Made by a program: the position numbers and the translations under genes. DNA of 48,477 nucleotides from Fibrobacteria bacterium (GTDB taxonomy: Bacteria > Fibrobacterota > Fibrobacteria > UBA11236), in NCBI GenBank assembly GCA_043732185.1, contig JAYTHY010000138.1, forward strand, positions 1-48,477, given 5' to 3'. The notes under the pieces are model-generated. The model saw only the letters and a program-made list of their open reading frames with translations, was not told the origin of the DNA and ran no database searches. The first letter of the stretch is position 1. Every line of letters starts with the position of its first letter. Shown piece after piece: positions 48,448-48,477 of the stretch.

Positions 48448-48477
48448 TCAGGGATAGCTGCAGCTCCAGGTCCACCC
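48381..48477 (-). mobile_element. Probable insertion-sequence end interrupting hsdS
   Basis: Abrupt switch at CTCAAGAGTCGGGAG; an incoming minus-strand ORF (VDLELQLSLIKSGLEKISEMT*) stops at 48410-48412, about 30 nt inside the junction. Confidence 0.4.

Overview
Bacterial genomic window; a Fibrobacterota (FCB group) origin is inferred from protein architectures, not established. Five blocks. (1) 0.1-21.6 kb: a scattered surface-polysaccharide locus (WbmS-like deacylase, sugar N-formyltransferase, FemAB/GNAT, WlbA+WlbB-type fusion, DegT aminotransferase with an extra PIN-like N-terminus, radical SAM/SPASM, Wzx, GT4, GT9, broken GT-C and FkbM genes), interleaved with secreted proteins that share a short C-terminal aromatic-x-[AL]-[DN]-G-[RK] tail. 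(2) 21.9-27.9 kb: housekeeping genes (siroheme sulfite/nitrite reductase and partner, RRM protein, THUMP methyltransferase, MoeA). (3) 27.9-39.5 kb, minus strand: an apparent operon of leaderless TetR, TonB-dependent receptor, Cys-rich DUF4249-like lipoprotein, DUF3450, TtpC-like ExbB, ExbB, ExbD, TonB, TPR protein and a CDF exporter (Vibrio TonB2/Ttp-like layout). (4) 39.5-45.1 kb: a truncated cadherin-like protein, a membrane protein and an uncharacterised Ig-domain/putative metalloenzyme-effector pair. (5) 45.2-48.5 kb: type I restriction-modification hsdM, a poly-C-containing remnant ORF, and hsdS cut off by a probable IS end. No rRNA, tRNA or CRISPR array was seen. Several genes carry nonsense codons, 1-nt indels or clean deletions, which may be real decay or assembly error. 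All family calls come from motif recognition by eye; no searches were run.
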